A stretch of DNA of 64,000 bases from an uncultured Bacillota bacterium (lineage in GTDB: Bacteria > Bacillota > Clostridia > Peptostreptococcales > Anaerovoracaceae): NCBI GenBank assembly GCA_949292945.1, contig CASFAX010000003.1, positions 37,554 to 101,553 on the forward strand. The letters are read 5' to 3'. Both the position numbers and the translations under genes were made by a program. The notes under the pieces were generated by a model, which had not been told where the DNA came from, did no database searches, and saw only the letters and a program-made list of their open reading frames with translations. Positions 1 to 9,295 of this stretch are shown piece by piece (the stretch's first letter is position 1; every line of letters starts with the position of its first letter).

Positions 1-1152
1 ACGGGCGGAATCGAGCCCGACAGCAAGGACGTCATACTGTCCCAGATGAGGGAGCAGGCCCAGGTGGCTATGGATATGGCAGACGTCATCCTCTTCATAG
101 TGGACGGCAAGGAAGGCATAACTTCGGCAGACGAAGAAGTGGCCAGCATGCTGAGAAGAAAGGGAAGAGAAATCGTCCTTCTGGTGAACAAAATCGATAA
201 TCCCAGGAAGATTCCAGATACCTTCTACGACTTCTACTCATTAGGCGTAGGAGAGCCTATACCGGTTTCCGCAGCCAACATGCTTAACCTGGGAGACGTT
301 CTGGACAGGATAGTTGCAAGCTTTCCCGAAGGAGCAGGAGAAGAGGACGACAGCACAAAGGTTGCCGTCATAGGAAAACCTAACGTGGGAAAATCCTCTC
401 TCATAAACAAGCTTCTGGACGAAAAGCGTGTTATCGTTTCAAACATAGCCGGAACGACAAGGGACTCCATAGACACGCCGTTTACCTGGCAGGGCGAAGA
501 GTACACGCTCATAGATACAGCCGGAATCAGAAGGCAGAGTAAGATAAACGAAAACATTGAAAAGTACAGCGTCATAAGAGCCGTTGCGGCCATAGAGCGT
601 TCCGACGTCTGTCTTCTCGTAATAGATGCCACGGAAGGAATAACGGAACAGGACAAGCGCATAGCCGGAGTCGCCCACGAAGCAGGAAAAGGCGTAATTA
701 TCGTTGTGAACAAGTGGGATCTCCTTAAGAAGGAGACTAACACCATGAAGGAATACAGGGAGGCCATCGAAGCGGAGCTTCCATTCCTCTCATACGCTCC
801 GACCCTTTTCATCTCGGTTCTCACGGGACAAAGGGTGCAGGAAGTCATGAAGATAGTGAAGACCGTAGCAGAGAACAGATCCATGAGAGTTCCTACGGGA
901 CAGCTTAACAGCCTGATTTCCGATGCGGTGATGATGAAGCAGCCCCCTTCCGATAAAGGTAAGCGACTTAAAATATATTATGTAACCCAGGTGGGAATAA
1001 GGCCGCCTCTGTTCTCATTCCAGATAAACAAGAGAGAACTCATGCACTTCTCCTACGCCAGATATCTGGAAAACAAGATAAGAGAGGCGTTTAACTTCGA
1101 CGGAACGTCGATTAAATTCGTATTCAGAGAAAAAGGAGAAAAAGAGCAGTAA
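1..1152 (+). CDS. der: GTPase Der/EngA, 5' end cut by window edge
   Basis: The frame is open from nt 1 (TGGIEPDSKD..), so the N-terminus lies upstream. Second G-domain motifs GKPNVGKSS, DTAGIRR and NKWD, plus a C-terminal KH-like domain. The stop overlaps the plsY start (TAATG). Confidence 0.95.
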   Translation, partial: TGGIEPDSKDVILSQMREQAQVAMDMADVILFIVDGKEGITSADEEVASMLRRKGREIVLLVNKIDNPRKIPDTFYDFYSLGVGEPIPVSAANMLNLGDVLDRIVASFPEGAGEEDDSTKVAVIGKPNVGKSSLINKLLDEKRVIVSNIAGTTRDSIDTPFTWQGEEYTLIDTAGIRRQSKINENIEKYSVIRAVAAIERSDVCLLVIDATEGITEQDKRIAGVAHEAGKGVIIVVNKWDLLKKETNTMKEYREAIEAELPFLSYAPTLFISVLTGQRVQEVMKIVKTVAENRSMRVPTGQLNSLISDAVMMKQPPSDKGKRLKIYYVTQVGIRPPLFSFQINKRELMHFSYARYLENKIREAFNFDGTSIKFVFREKGEKEQ

Positions 1153-1739
1153 TGGATAATCTCTATCTCGTTTTGGCAGTAGCGATAGCGTATCTTCTGG
1201 GCAACATCTCCCCTTCCACCATACTGGCAAGAATGGCCGGAAAGGACATTAAGAAAGAGGGAAGCGGAAATGCCGGAACCACCAACGCTCTCAGGGTTCT
1301 GGGAAAGAAAGCTGCTCTCATAACTCTGGTAATTGATATTGGAAAAGGAGTCGTGGCAGTTCTGCTGGGAGGCCTCATTGCGGGGTCTGAGGCAGCTATG
1401 ATATGCGCTCCTGCGGTGTTCATCGGCCACGTATGGCCCGTTCTCCTGAAATTCAAGGGGGGAAAGGGAGTGGCCACAGCTTTTGGGACTCTTCTTGCCG
1501 TGAACTGGCAGCTGGCCCTCATATGCCTGGCAATCGTAATAGTGGTCGTAGCGATTACAAGAATGGTTTCTCTCGGATCTGTTACGGCAGCAGTGTGCTT
1601 CGTGGTCTTGGCCCATTTCATGGAGCCGGGATTTTTCTGGCCGGGGCTTGTGATGGCGGTAATCCTCATATTCAAGCACAGAACCAACATAGGCAGGATA
1701 ATCCGGGGAGAAGAGAGCAGGATAAGCTTTAAGAAGTAG
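1152..1739 (+). CDS. plsY: acyl-phosphate:glycerol-3-phosphate acyltransferase PlsY
   Basis: 195-aa polytopic membrane protein with the GSGNAGTTNALR and HVWPVLLKFKGGKGVAT motifs of PlsY. Confidence 0.93.
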   Translation: MDNLYLVLAVAIAYLLGNISPSTILARMAGKDIKKEGSGNAGTTNALRVLGKKAALITLVIDIGKGVVAVLLGGLIAGSEAAMICAPAVFIGHVWPVLLKFKGGKGVATAFGTLLAVNWQLALICLAIVIVVVAITRMVSLGSVTAAVCFVVLAHFMEPGFFWPGLVMAVILIFKHRTNIGRIIRGEESRISFKK

Positions 1740-1757
1740 AACTTAAGGAGAATTCAC

Positions 1758-2765
1758 ATGAAAATCGGCGTAATCGGCGCAGGAAGCTGGGGAACGGCTC
1801 TGGCTGTGCTTCTTGAAAAGAAAGGCACGGAGGTCTTCATGACCGGAAGAAACCGGGAGCACCTGAGAGCCATGAAAAAAGAACGTGAAAACAGGAAGTA
1901 CCTTCCGGGTGTCACCCTTGGAGAAGGCATATCCTTTGTCTACACCATGGAGGAGGCGGCAAAGGATGCAGATATCGTCATGTTTTCGGTTCCGGCCCAG
2001 ACTTTCAGGGAAAACTTCAGCAGGTGCCTTCCGTATATCGGAGACGATACAATAGTGGTTAACGTTGCCAAGGGCATAGAGCAGGGCAGCCTTAAGAGGC
2101 TTTCCGAAATAGCCGAAGAACTTAAGCCGGGAGTGAAGTACGCCGTCCTTTCAGGGCCTTCCCATGCTGAGGAAGTTGGGAAACTTCTTCCTACGACGGT
2201 TACAGTGGCTTCATCTGACGAGGAAATAGCGAAGAAAATCCAGGAAGTCTACATGACTGACAGGTTCAGGGTATACACCAACAAAGACGTCATCGGGACG
2301 GAGCTTGGAGGCGCCCTTAAGAACATAATGGCGCTGGGCGCCGGCATTTCCGACGGTTACGGCTTTGGCGACAACGCGAAAGCTGCTCTCATGACGAGAG
2401 GCCTTGCGGAGATTACGCGGCTGGGAATCGCCATGGGCGCAAAGCCGGACACCTTTGCAGGCCTTGCAGGGGTCGGAGACTTAATCGTCACGTGTACCAG
2501 CATGCATTCCAGGAACAGAAGGTGCGGAATACTCATCGGCAACGGAATAAAGCCCAGCGAGGCGGTTAAGGAAATCGGCATGGTGGTAGAAGGTATATAC
2601 ACTGCTTCGGCTGCTGAAGCCCTTGCAAAGAAATACGGAGTCGAGATGCCTATTACTGAGACGCTGAATCTCTGCATCGAGGAAAAGATAACTGCGGCCG
2701 ACGCCATAACCAGGCTGATGGGAAGAAGCCCGAAGAGCGAGGGCCACGAAAGCTACGGACTTTGA
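1758..2765 (+). CDS. gpsA: NAD(P)H-dependent glycerol-3-phosphate dehydrogenase
   Basis: Rossmann motif GAGSWGTALA and LKNIMALGAGISDG. Conserved der-plsY-gpsA order. Confidence 0.95.
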   Translation: MKIGVIGAGSWGTALAVLLEKKGTEVFMTGRNREHLRAMKKERENRKYLPGVTLGEGISFVYTMEEAAKDADIVMFSVPAQTFRENFSRCLPYIGDDTIVVNVAKGIEQGSLKRLSEIAEELKPGVKYAVLSGPSHAEEVGKLLPTTVTVASSDEEIAKKIQEVYMTDRFRVYTNKDVIGTELGGALKNIMALGAGISDGYGFGDNAKAALMTRGLAEITRLGIAMGAKPDTFAGLAGVGDLIVTCTSMHSRNRRCGILIGNGIKPSEAVKEIGMVVEGIYTASAAEALAKKYGVEMPITETLNLCIEEKITAADAITRLMGRSPKSEGHESYGL

Positions 2766-2786
2766 TACAAAGGAAAAAATACATCT

Positions 2787-4097
2787 ATGATAAGAAAGTT
2801 TCACATAACCACGTTCGGATGCCAGATGAACGAGCACGACTCCGAAATCATCGCAGGTCTTCTTACCGAAGACGGATACATGGAGACGGATAACAGAGAC
2901 GAAGCCGACGTGGTGATAATAAATACGTGCAGCATCAGGGAAAACGCCGACAAGAGATTTTTCGGCACCCTGGGACAGCTGAAAAAGAGAAAGGAAAGGG
3001 AAGAGGACTTCATGGTGTGCGTGTGCGGATGCATGATGCAGCAGCAGCACATAATAGATACCATAAAGGCGAAGTACCCGTGGGTGGACGTGATATTCGG
3101 CACCCATAACATAGACGCATTCCCCAGACTTCTTAGAAACGCATATTCGGAAAAGACGAAACAGAGGGAAATCCTTGACGGCGGCGGAGACATAGTGGAA
3201 GGACTTCCGTCCATAAGAAAGTTCAGGTGCAAGGCCCTCGTAAACATAATGTACGGCTGCAACAATTTCTGCACCTATTGCATAGTGCCTTACACCAGAG
3301 GCAGGGAGAGGAGCAGAAAGCCTGAAGCCATAGTCAGCGAAGTGAAAAATCTGGTGGCCGACGGAGTCAAAGAGGTCATGCTCTTAGGGCAGAACGTAAA
3401 CTCGTATAACGGAGGGGATACGGATTTTGCGGGGCTCATATACATGCTTAACGACATAGAAGGCCTGGAGAGAATAAGGTTTATGACAAGCCATCCCAAG
3501 GATCTTTCGGACAGGCTCATAAAGGCCTACGTGGACTGTGACAAACTCTGCAAGAACATACATCTTCCCGTTCAGTCGGGGTCGTCTGCTGTTTTAAAGA
3601 GAATGAACAGGCACTACGACAGGGAAAAGTACCTGAGTCTGGTGGAAAAGCTAAAAGAAGCCGTTCCTGAGATAACGATGTCCACGGACATAATAGTGGG
3701 ATTTCCGGGGGAAACGGAGGAAGATTTTGATGATACTTTAAGCCTGGTGCGCCAGGTGGAATACGACTCCGCGTTCACATTCCTTTACTCCATCAGGAAA
3801 GGAACCCCGGCTGAAAGGTACGAGGATCAGATTCCCGAAGAGGTGAAGCACGAAAGGTTCAACCGCCTTGTGGAGCTTATAAACGAAATCAGCGCCAGGA
3901 AAAACAAGGCTTACGAGGGCAGAATCGAAAAAGTCCTCGTAGAGGGACCGGGAAAGACGGGAGAAAACATATATGCGGGACGCACCGACGGATTCAAGCT
4001 CGTCAACTTCTATTCGGAGGAAGACGTTACCGGAAAAATGTTAGATATAGAGATAACCAGAGGAAAGACATTCAGTCTTGAAGGCCGGATTGTTTAA
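2787..4097 (+). CDS. miaB: tRNA (i6A37) methylthiotransferase MiaB
   Basis: N-domain FHITTFGCQMNEHDSE, radical-SAM motif CNNFCTYC, and a full C-terminal TRAM domain of about 60 aa (IEKVLVEG...LDIEITRG). Confidence 0.9.
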   Translation: MIRKFHITTFGCQMNEHDSEIIAGLLTEDGYMETDNRDEADVVIINTCSIRENADKRFFGTLGQLKKRKEREEDFMVCVCGCMMQQQHIIDTIKAKYPWVDVIFGTHNIDAFPRLLRNAYSEKTKQREILDGGGDIVEGLPSIRKFRCKALVNIMYGCNNFCTYCIVPYTRGRERSRKPEAIVSEVKNLVADGVKEVMLLGQNVNSYNGGDTDFAGLIYMLNDIEGLERIRFMTSHPKDLSDRLIKAYVDCDKLCKNIHLPVQSGSSAVLKRMNRHYDREKYLSLVEKLKEAVPEITMSTDIIVGFPGETEEDFDDTLSLVRQVEYDSAFTFLYSIRKGTPAERYEDQIPEEVKHERFNRLVELINEISARKNKAYEGRIEKVLVEGPGKTGENIYAGRTDGFKLVNFYSEEDVTGKMLDIEITRGKTFSLEGRIV

Positions 4098-4121
4098 CCG
4101 GGCCGGGAAAGGAGCATTAAA

Positions 4122-4655
4122 ATGAGAAACGATTTAGGACTTATTCACATCTACTGCGGAGAGGGAAAGGGAAAGACAACCTGCGCCGTAGGACTTACCG
4201 TGAGAGCTTCCGGATACGGACTTAAGGTTCTGTTCATGCAGTTTCTTAAGACGGGAAAGAGCAGCGAGCTGAAGGTGCTTGCCGGCCTTGACGGAGTCGA
4301 CATTCTGGAGACTACCCCTGTGACGAAGTTTTCCTTCCAGATGACAGAAGAGGAAAAGGAGGAGACAAGAAGAATCAGCGCAAAGGAAATCGCCGATGCC
4401 GCGAAGGCAACTGAAGGAGGAGCATACGACATGCTGGTTATGGACGAAACTCTGGGAGCCATTGAAGCGGGGCTTCTGGACGAGAAGGTTGTGGTAGATT
4501 TCCTTAAGAACAAGCCTGAGCATCTGGAGGTGGTTCTCACGGGCAGATATCCGTCCGATGAGCTTGTGGAGCTTGCCGACTACGTTTCCAGAATCGACAA
4601 GGTAAAGCATCCTTACGACAGAGGCATCAAAGCCAGAAAGGGCATAGAGGCGTAA
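4122..4655 (+). CDS. cobO: CobA/CobO/BtuR-type ATP:cob(I)alamin adenosyltransferase
   Basis: P-loop GEGKGKTT, FMQFLK, VMDE and KHPYDRGIKARKGIE are colinear with CobA-type adenosyltransferases. Confidence 0.8.
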   Translation: MRNDLGLIHIYCGEGKGKTTCAVGLTVRASGYGLKVLFMQFLKTGKSSELKVLAGLDGVDILETTPVTKFSFQMTEEEKEETRRISAKEIADAAKATEGGAYDMLVMDETLGAIEAGLLDEKVVVDFLKNKPEHLEVVLTGRYPSDELVELADYVSRIDKVKHPYDRGIKARKGIEA

Positions 4656-4657
4656 AA

Positions 4658-5686
4658 ATGGCAGAATCCAGTCTGGGATATAAGCTGAGGGTTCTCAGAA
4701 AGGCCAGCTTTGGCAAGTTTTTTGACGTGGTCAAGACCGCAAGCGAAAGGTCGGGAAAGAGCAAAGCGTACTGCATGACGGACATGCTTGGATGCATGAG
4801 GAAGTATGGAGCCGGATATTACGACTACATCATTTTTCAGTTCTACAACCTGACTCCGGCTCAGAGAGACACGTATCTTACCAGATTCAGGAGCAAAAAG
4901 CTCATAATGCAGTATAACGATGAAAGTTATGCTCACATATTCGACAACAAGAACGAGTTCAACCACGTTTTCAAAGACTACATCGGAAGAAAATTCGTCG
5001 ATATGGAAAGCAATACCGATGAGGAAATCATCGACTACATATCGAATACGAAGAGAATTTTCGCCAAGATGAAGGACCTTACCTGCGGCCACGGAGCGGA
5101 GATAATCGATACCTCCGAATTTGAAAACAGCGAAGCCGTCTTAAGGTATGCAAGGGAAAAGAACTTCGGAACCCTTGAGGATATAATAGAAAACCATCCG
5201 GCTCTTGCGGAGATGTATCCGTGCTCCGTCAACACCATGAGGATGATTACCCTTATCGGAGACGACGGAAAACCTCATCTCATATACGCGGTTCAGAAAT
5301 TCGGAAACAACGGAAGAATCGTCGACAACTACGGACTTCACGGCCCGGTAGACCTTGAAACGGGAGAATTTCTATTCCCGGCTCATCCCGGCGAAACGAC
5401 GGCTGATGAGCTCTTCACCGTTCATCCGTATACGGGCAAGGAGATAGTCGGCTTTGTGACGCCTATGTTTAAGGAAGCTAAGGAGATGGTTCTCAAAGCC
5501 GCCATGGTGGTGCCGCAGATGCGATATGTGGGATGGGACGTTGCAGTAACTCCTAACGGGCCTGCCATAATAGAGGGGAATAATTACTGCGCTCACGATT
5601 TCTGGCAGCTTCCGGGACAGACGCCGGGAGGAATCGGAATCATCCCGACCCTTATGAAGATAGTTCCAAGCTTTAAGTACAGATAG
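4658..5686 (+). CDS. ATP-grasp family ligase (sugar-transfer-associated type), substrate unknown
   Basis: Starts 2 nt after the cobO stop. The N-terminal YYDYIIFQFYNL..R..Y segment and C-terminal GWDVAVTPNGPAIIEGNN (E-x-N metal/ATP motif) resemble the family I recall as PF14397. Assignment is from memory only. Confidence 0.55.
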   Translation: MAESSLGYKLRVLRKASFGKFFDVVKTASERSGKSKAYCMTDMLGCMRKYGAGYYDYIIFQFYNLTPAQRDTYLTRFRSKKLIMQYNDESYAHIFDNKNEFNHVFKDYIGRKFVDMESNTDEEIIDYISNTKRIFAKMKDLTCGHGAEIIDTSEFENSEAVLRYAREKNFGTLEDIIENHPALAEMYPCSVNTMRMITLIGDDGKPHLIYAVQKFGNNGRIVDNYGLHGPVDLETGEFLFPAHPGETTADELFTVHPYTGKEIVGFVTPMFKEAKEMVLKAAMVVPQMRYVGWDVAVTPNGPAIIEGNNYCAHDFWQLPGQTPGGIGIIPTLMKIVPSFKYR

Positions 5687-5705
5687 ACGTAGACGGAGGT
5701 TTTAA

Positions 5706-7082
5706 ATGGGAAAACTAAGGTTTGCCATAGCGCTTACGGCGGCAAAGCTTTCTGTTATCGCGCTTAAAATTACAAAGAGAAACGGAACAAACTTTCCCGG
5801 CGTAGTCGCTATTAAAATATGTCCGGACTTTCTGAAGTACATAAACAGACCGGAAAAAATAATAGCGGTTACGGGAACCAACGGCAAGACTACCGTTTCC
5901 AATCTTCTCAGGGATGTTCTCGCTCAGGCCGGAAAAAGGGTGCTTAACAACGGACTCGGCTCCAACATAGCTTCGGGAATCGCCGCGTGCCTCATTTCAG
6001 GAGTGAATATTTTCAACAGGGAAAAGTACAGGGCCGCAGTTCTAGAGGTGGACGAAAGGTCCGCCCTTCGCATATTCCCCTATGTAAAGCCCGACATGAT
6101 GGTCGTAACCAATCTTTCCAGGGATTCCATAATGAGAAACGCCCACCCGGAGTACATAAGGAAAATACTCGAGGATAACATTCCACCGGAAACCAGGCTT
6201 GTTCTCAACGCTGACGACCTTCTTTCGGCAGGAATAGCACCGGGTAACGACAGGGTTTACTTCGGCATAGAGAAAATGGAAGGGGATAAGACGGAAAGCT
6301 GCAACCTGATAAACGATATGCAGATATGCCCGCGGTGTCATACGAGACTTAAGTACGAATACGTAAGGTACAGCAGCATAGGAAGGGCCTACTGCCCGGA
6401 ATGCGGCTTCAGGTCTCCTGAATACGACTGTGCGGCATATAATGTTGATTTGGACTCTATGATTATGGATGTCAAAGCGGGAGACGAGTCTGAACACTTT
6501 GATATAATGAACGAAGGAATTTTCAACATCTACAATCAGGTTACGGTCATAACGGTAATGCATGAACTGGGATACAGCCTTTCTGAAATCAGGAATTTCA
6601 TGTCAAAGGCCGGAATAGTAAAGTCCAGGTATAACGTGACAAAGTGCGGCGACAAGACTGTAACCATGCTCCTTTCTAAGGATAAGAACGCTTACGCAGG
6701 GTCCCGTGTTTTCGAATACATTGCGTCACAGCCGGGAGATAAGGAAGTCATCCTCATGATGAACTGTCTGGGGGATGTAAAGCACTGGTCTGAGAACACG
6801 TGCTGGCTGTACGACTGCGATTTTGAATTTTTAAACGGCCACGGAATCAGGCACATAATCGTCACCGGGCCGAGAGAGAAGGACTATAAGCTAAGGCTTC
6901 TCATGGCAGGAATATCGGAAGATATTATATCGGCCTGCGAGACGGAAACCGATGCTCCGGGACTTCTTAAGCTGTTTGAAAACGACAACGTCTACATTCT
7001 CTACGGCACGGACTCCATCGCCCTGGCCGGGAGAGTAAAGGCAGGCGTCCTTGCCGCAATGGGAGAGGAGGGGACAAAGTGA
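5706..7082 (+). CDS. murT: MurT-like Mur-ligase family protein (lipid II isoglutaminyl synthase ligase subunit homologue)
   Basis: Mur-ligase P-loop VTGTNGKTT, Cys4 ribbon CPRC..CPEC, and a C-terminal WLYDCDFE segment colinear with MurT. Confidence 0.8.
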   Translation: MGKLRFAIALTAAKLSVIALKITKRNGTNFPGVVAIKICPDFLKYINRPEKIIAVTGTNGKTTVSNLLRDVLAQAGKRVLNNGLGSNIASGIAACLISGVNIFNREKYRAAVLEVDERSALRIFPYVKPDMMVVTNLSRDSIMRNAHPEYIRKILEDNIPPETRLVLNADDLLSAGIAPGNDRVYFGIEKMEGDKTESCNLINDMQICPRCHTRLKYEYVRYSSIGRAYCPECGFRSPEYDCAAYNVDLDSMIMDVKAGDESEHFDIMNEGIFNIYNQVTVITVMHELGYSLSEIRNFMSKAGIVKSRYNVTKCGDKTVTMLLSKDKNAYAGSRVFEYIASQPGDKEVILMMNCLGDVKHWSENTCWLYDCDFEFLNGHGIRHIIVTGPREKDYKLRLLMAGISEDIISACETETDAPGLLKLFENDNVYILYGTDSIALAGRVKAGVLAAMGEEGTK

Positions 7083-7810
7083 GAGTAGAGGTTCTGTTTC
7101 CTGAAATAGCAAATCTTTACGGGGAACTTGGAAATATAAGGTATCTGGAAAAATCCGTTCCCGGAGTTAAAATAAAAGAAACTTATGTAAACGAAAAACC
7201 CGCCTTCCTGGACGCAGGATGCGGTGACGGGGAAGGTTTTGACCTGGTGTATATGGGAACCATGAGCGAAAGCTCCCAGCTTCTCGTCATGGATAAACTG
7301 GCTCCGTACAGGGACGAGCTGATTTCGTCCATAGAGGGAGACCAGAGGATTCTCGTGACCGGAAACGCACTGGAGATTTTCGGAAAGTTCATTTCCGACG
7401 ATACGGGGGAAAAACAGCAGTGCATGGGGATTTTTGGTTTTCACACGGAAAGAAAGATGATGAAGAGATTCAACTCCCTCTATCTGGGCAAATACGGAGA
7501 CATAGACGTGGTCGGCTATAAGAGCCAGTTCACTCACTCCTTTTACGACGATGAAAATCTTAAGCCTTTGTTCATGACGGAAAGAGGCCCCGGCTTTAAC
7601 CCTGAAGTTAAAGAGGAGGGGATAAGGTATAAAAACTTTATGGCAACATATGTAATCGGCCCCCTCTTTATTCTGAATCCGCCTCTCATGACGGAAATTT
7701 TAAGGGAGGCAGGAACAGACGTGAAACCTGCCTTTGAAGAAGCTGCAATGGATGCCTACAGAAGCAGGGTGGCAGAGTACAGCAACCCTAAGACGGGATT
7801 TTATTATTAA
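7079..7810 (+). CDS. GatD-like CobQ-type glutamine amidotransferase homologue lacking the Cys nucleophile
   Basis: The GTG start overlaps the murT stop. ANLYGELGNIRYL and IRYKN..TYVIGP are colinear with GatD. The expected CGG elbow reads LVTGNALEIFG. Confidence 0.7.
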   Translation: MRVEVLFPEIANLYGELGNIRYLEKSVPGVKIKETYVNEKPAFLDAGCGDGEGFDLVYMGTMSESSQLLVMDKLAPYRDELISSIEGDQRILVTGNALEIFGKFISDDTGEKQQCMGIFGFHTERKMMKRFNSLYLGKYGDIDVVGYKSQFTHSFYDDENLKPLFMTERGPGFNPEVKEEGIRYKNFMATYVIGPLFILNPPLMTEILREAGTDVKPAFEEAAMDAYRSRVAEYSNPKTGFYY

Positions 7811-7899
7811 CGCTTCGCAAAGCGTTCACCGTATCTTTACATTCCCGGGTTAAAATTACACAGACATTTAGACTTAAGAGGAAGCTGGAATAAAAACAT

Positions 7900-8625
7900 A
7901 TGAACAGATTCAAACAATACTTAAATTCACCTCTGGGGATTTTCATAATTCTCCTGTTTCTGCTGAATCTGGTTTCCGGAGCATACACCAATCCGCTGGA
8001 CTGGATCATGTCTAAGATAATGATGCTGCCGGGAATCGTCATCGGACTTTCGGTTCACGAATGGGCTCACGGTTTCGTATCCCATAAGCTGGGAGACCCT
8101 ACGCCGAAGATGCAGGGAAGACTGACTTTAAATCCCGCAGCTCACATAGACCCCATAGGATTTCTGTCCCTGCTCATATGCGGCTTCGGATGGGGTATTC
8201 CGGTGGAGATAGACCCAAGGTACTATAAGCACAGAAGATCCGGCGAGATGATGGTGGCCTTTGCGGGAGTTGCCATGAATTTCATAACTGCCGTAGTTTT
8301 CGCCTTCATTGTGAAAGGAATATACACAGCGTCAGCAGTCTTTGCACTTAGCGCCGTGGGGGGAGTAATCATAGAGATACTCCTGTACGTCGTAAGGATA
8401 AACGTGGTGCTCATGGCTTTCAACCTGCTGCCTATACCTCCTCTGGACGGGTTTAATATAGTAACGGAGATATTCAACCTGAGAAAGTACGGATGGTGGT
8501 ATAAGGTATACAGGTACGGATTTCTAATTCTCTTTGCATGTATAATGCTGAGAATTACAGGTATTTTGCTCAATGCGCCGATAAAAGCCATATACAGCTT
8601 GCTGCTGCATATATTGTACCTATAA
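7900..8625 (+). CDS. site-2 protease family (M50) membrane zinc metalloprotease
   Basis: HEWAHG (HExxH) inside a hydrophobic segment and the second motif NLLPIPPLDG. Multiple TM helices. Confidence 0.85.
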   Translation: MNRFKQYLNSPLGIFIILLFLLNLVSGAYTNPLDWIMSKIMMLPGIVIGLSVHEWAHGFVSHKLGDPTPKMQGRLTLNPAAHIDPIGFLSLLICGFGWGIPVEIDPRYYKHRRSGEMMVAFAGVAMNFITAVVFAFIVKGIYTASAVFALSAVGGVIIEILLYVVRINVVLMAFNLLPIPPLDGFNIVTEIFNLRKYGWWYKVYRYGFLILFACIMLRITGILLNAPIKAIYSLLLHILYL

Positions 8626-8638
8626 AGTCTTTGATTTA

Positions 8639-8685
8639 AGACCTGAGAAGAGAGCATTTTTCTCTCTTTTCGGGTCTTTTTTTTC
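8639..8685 (+). terminator. Rho-independent terminator after the M50 protease gene
   Basis: Two-tier stem AGACCTG-AAGAGAG / CTCTCTT-CGGGTCT followed by T8. Confidence 0.8.
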
Positions 8686-8770
8686 ATAAACCAGTTGCCC
8701 GAAAGTCTTAAAACATATATTATAAGAGAGGCGGCCTTAGGATGAAAAGGAGCCGCGAAAGGAGAAGAAT

Positions 8771-9241
8771 ATGTCCCTTCACATAGTACTTGTAAATCCT
8801 GAAATTCCGCCTAATACGGGCAATATCGCGAGGACGTGCGCAGCTACGGATACCTGCCTTCACCTTGTGAAGCCCCTGGGCTTTTCCATAGACGATAAAT
8901 CTCTTAAGAGGGCGGGCCTTGACTACTGGCCCTACGTGAAGCTTACGGTTCACGAAAGCCTTGACGACTTTATGAGGGAATACGCGGGAGCGAGGATGTT
9001 TCTCGCTACGACAAAGGGTGCGCGTCTTTATACGGAGCCGGAGTACAGGGACGGAGACATGTTTCTCTTCGGCAGAGAGACGGCGGGGCTTCCGAGAGAC
9101 TTTATAGACGAACACAGAGATTTTGCCATAAGGATACCCATGAGCGAAAGCACCAGGCTGAGATCTTTCAATCTGGCCAATTCCGCCAACATCGTTTTGT
9201 TTGAAGCTTTGAGGCAGCTGGGCTTTCCGGGACTGAAATAG
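8771..9241 (+). CDS. trmL: tRNA (cytidine/uridine-34 2'-O)-methyltransferase TrmL (SpoU family)
   Basis: 156 aa with NPEIPPNTGNIARTCAAT, LFGRETAGLP and SFNLANSANIVLFEALRQ, typical of the small SpoU/TrmL class. Confidence 0.85.
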   Translation: MSLHIVLVNPEIPPNTGNIARTCAATDTCLHLVKPLGFSIDDKSLKRAGLDYWPYVKLTVHESLDDFMREYAGARMFLATTKGARLYTEPEYRDGDMFLFGRETAGLPRDFIDEHRDFAIRIPMSESTRLRSFNLANSANIVLFEALRQLGFPGLK

Positions 9242-9244
9242 CTC

Positions 9245-9273
9245 TAGGCAACCCGGAAAAAGTATGGTATAAT
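9245..9273 (+). promoter_or_regulatory. candidate sigma-A promoter for rpoN
   Basis: Extended -10 TGgTATAAT (9265-9273) with a weak -35 TAGGCA 17 nt upstream. Confidence 0.4.
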
Positions 9274-9295
9274 ATTTGCATACGGAGAGTGCCTT

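Noticed and set aside
234-884. Long antisense ORFs inside well-supported genes. Examples: 234-884(-), 9539-10360(-), 12210-12902(-), 15492-16385(-), 27590-28321(-), 48240-48842(-), 49561-50160(-), 50300-50980(-), 62001-63062(-).
   Set aside because: Each lies fully within a sense-strand gene with clear family motifs. Their translations are low-complexity or S/R/C/H-rich with no recognisable motifs and no RBS. The purine-rich codon usage of the sense strand depletes stop codons on the antisense strand.
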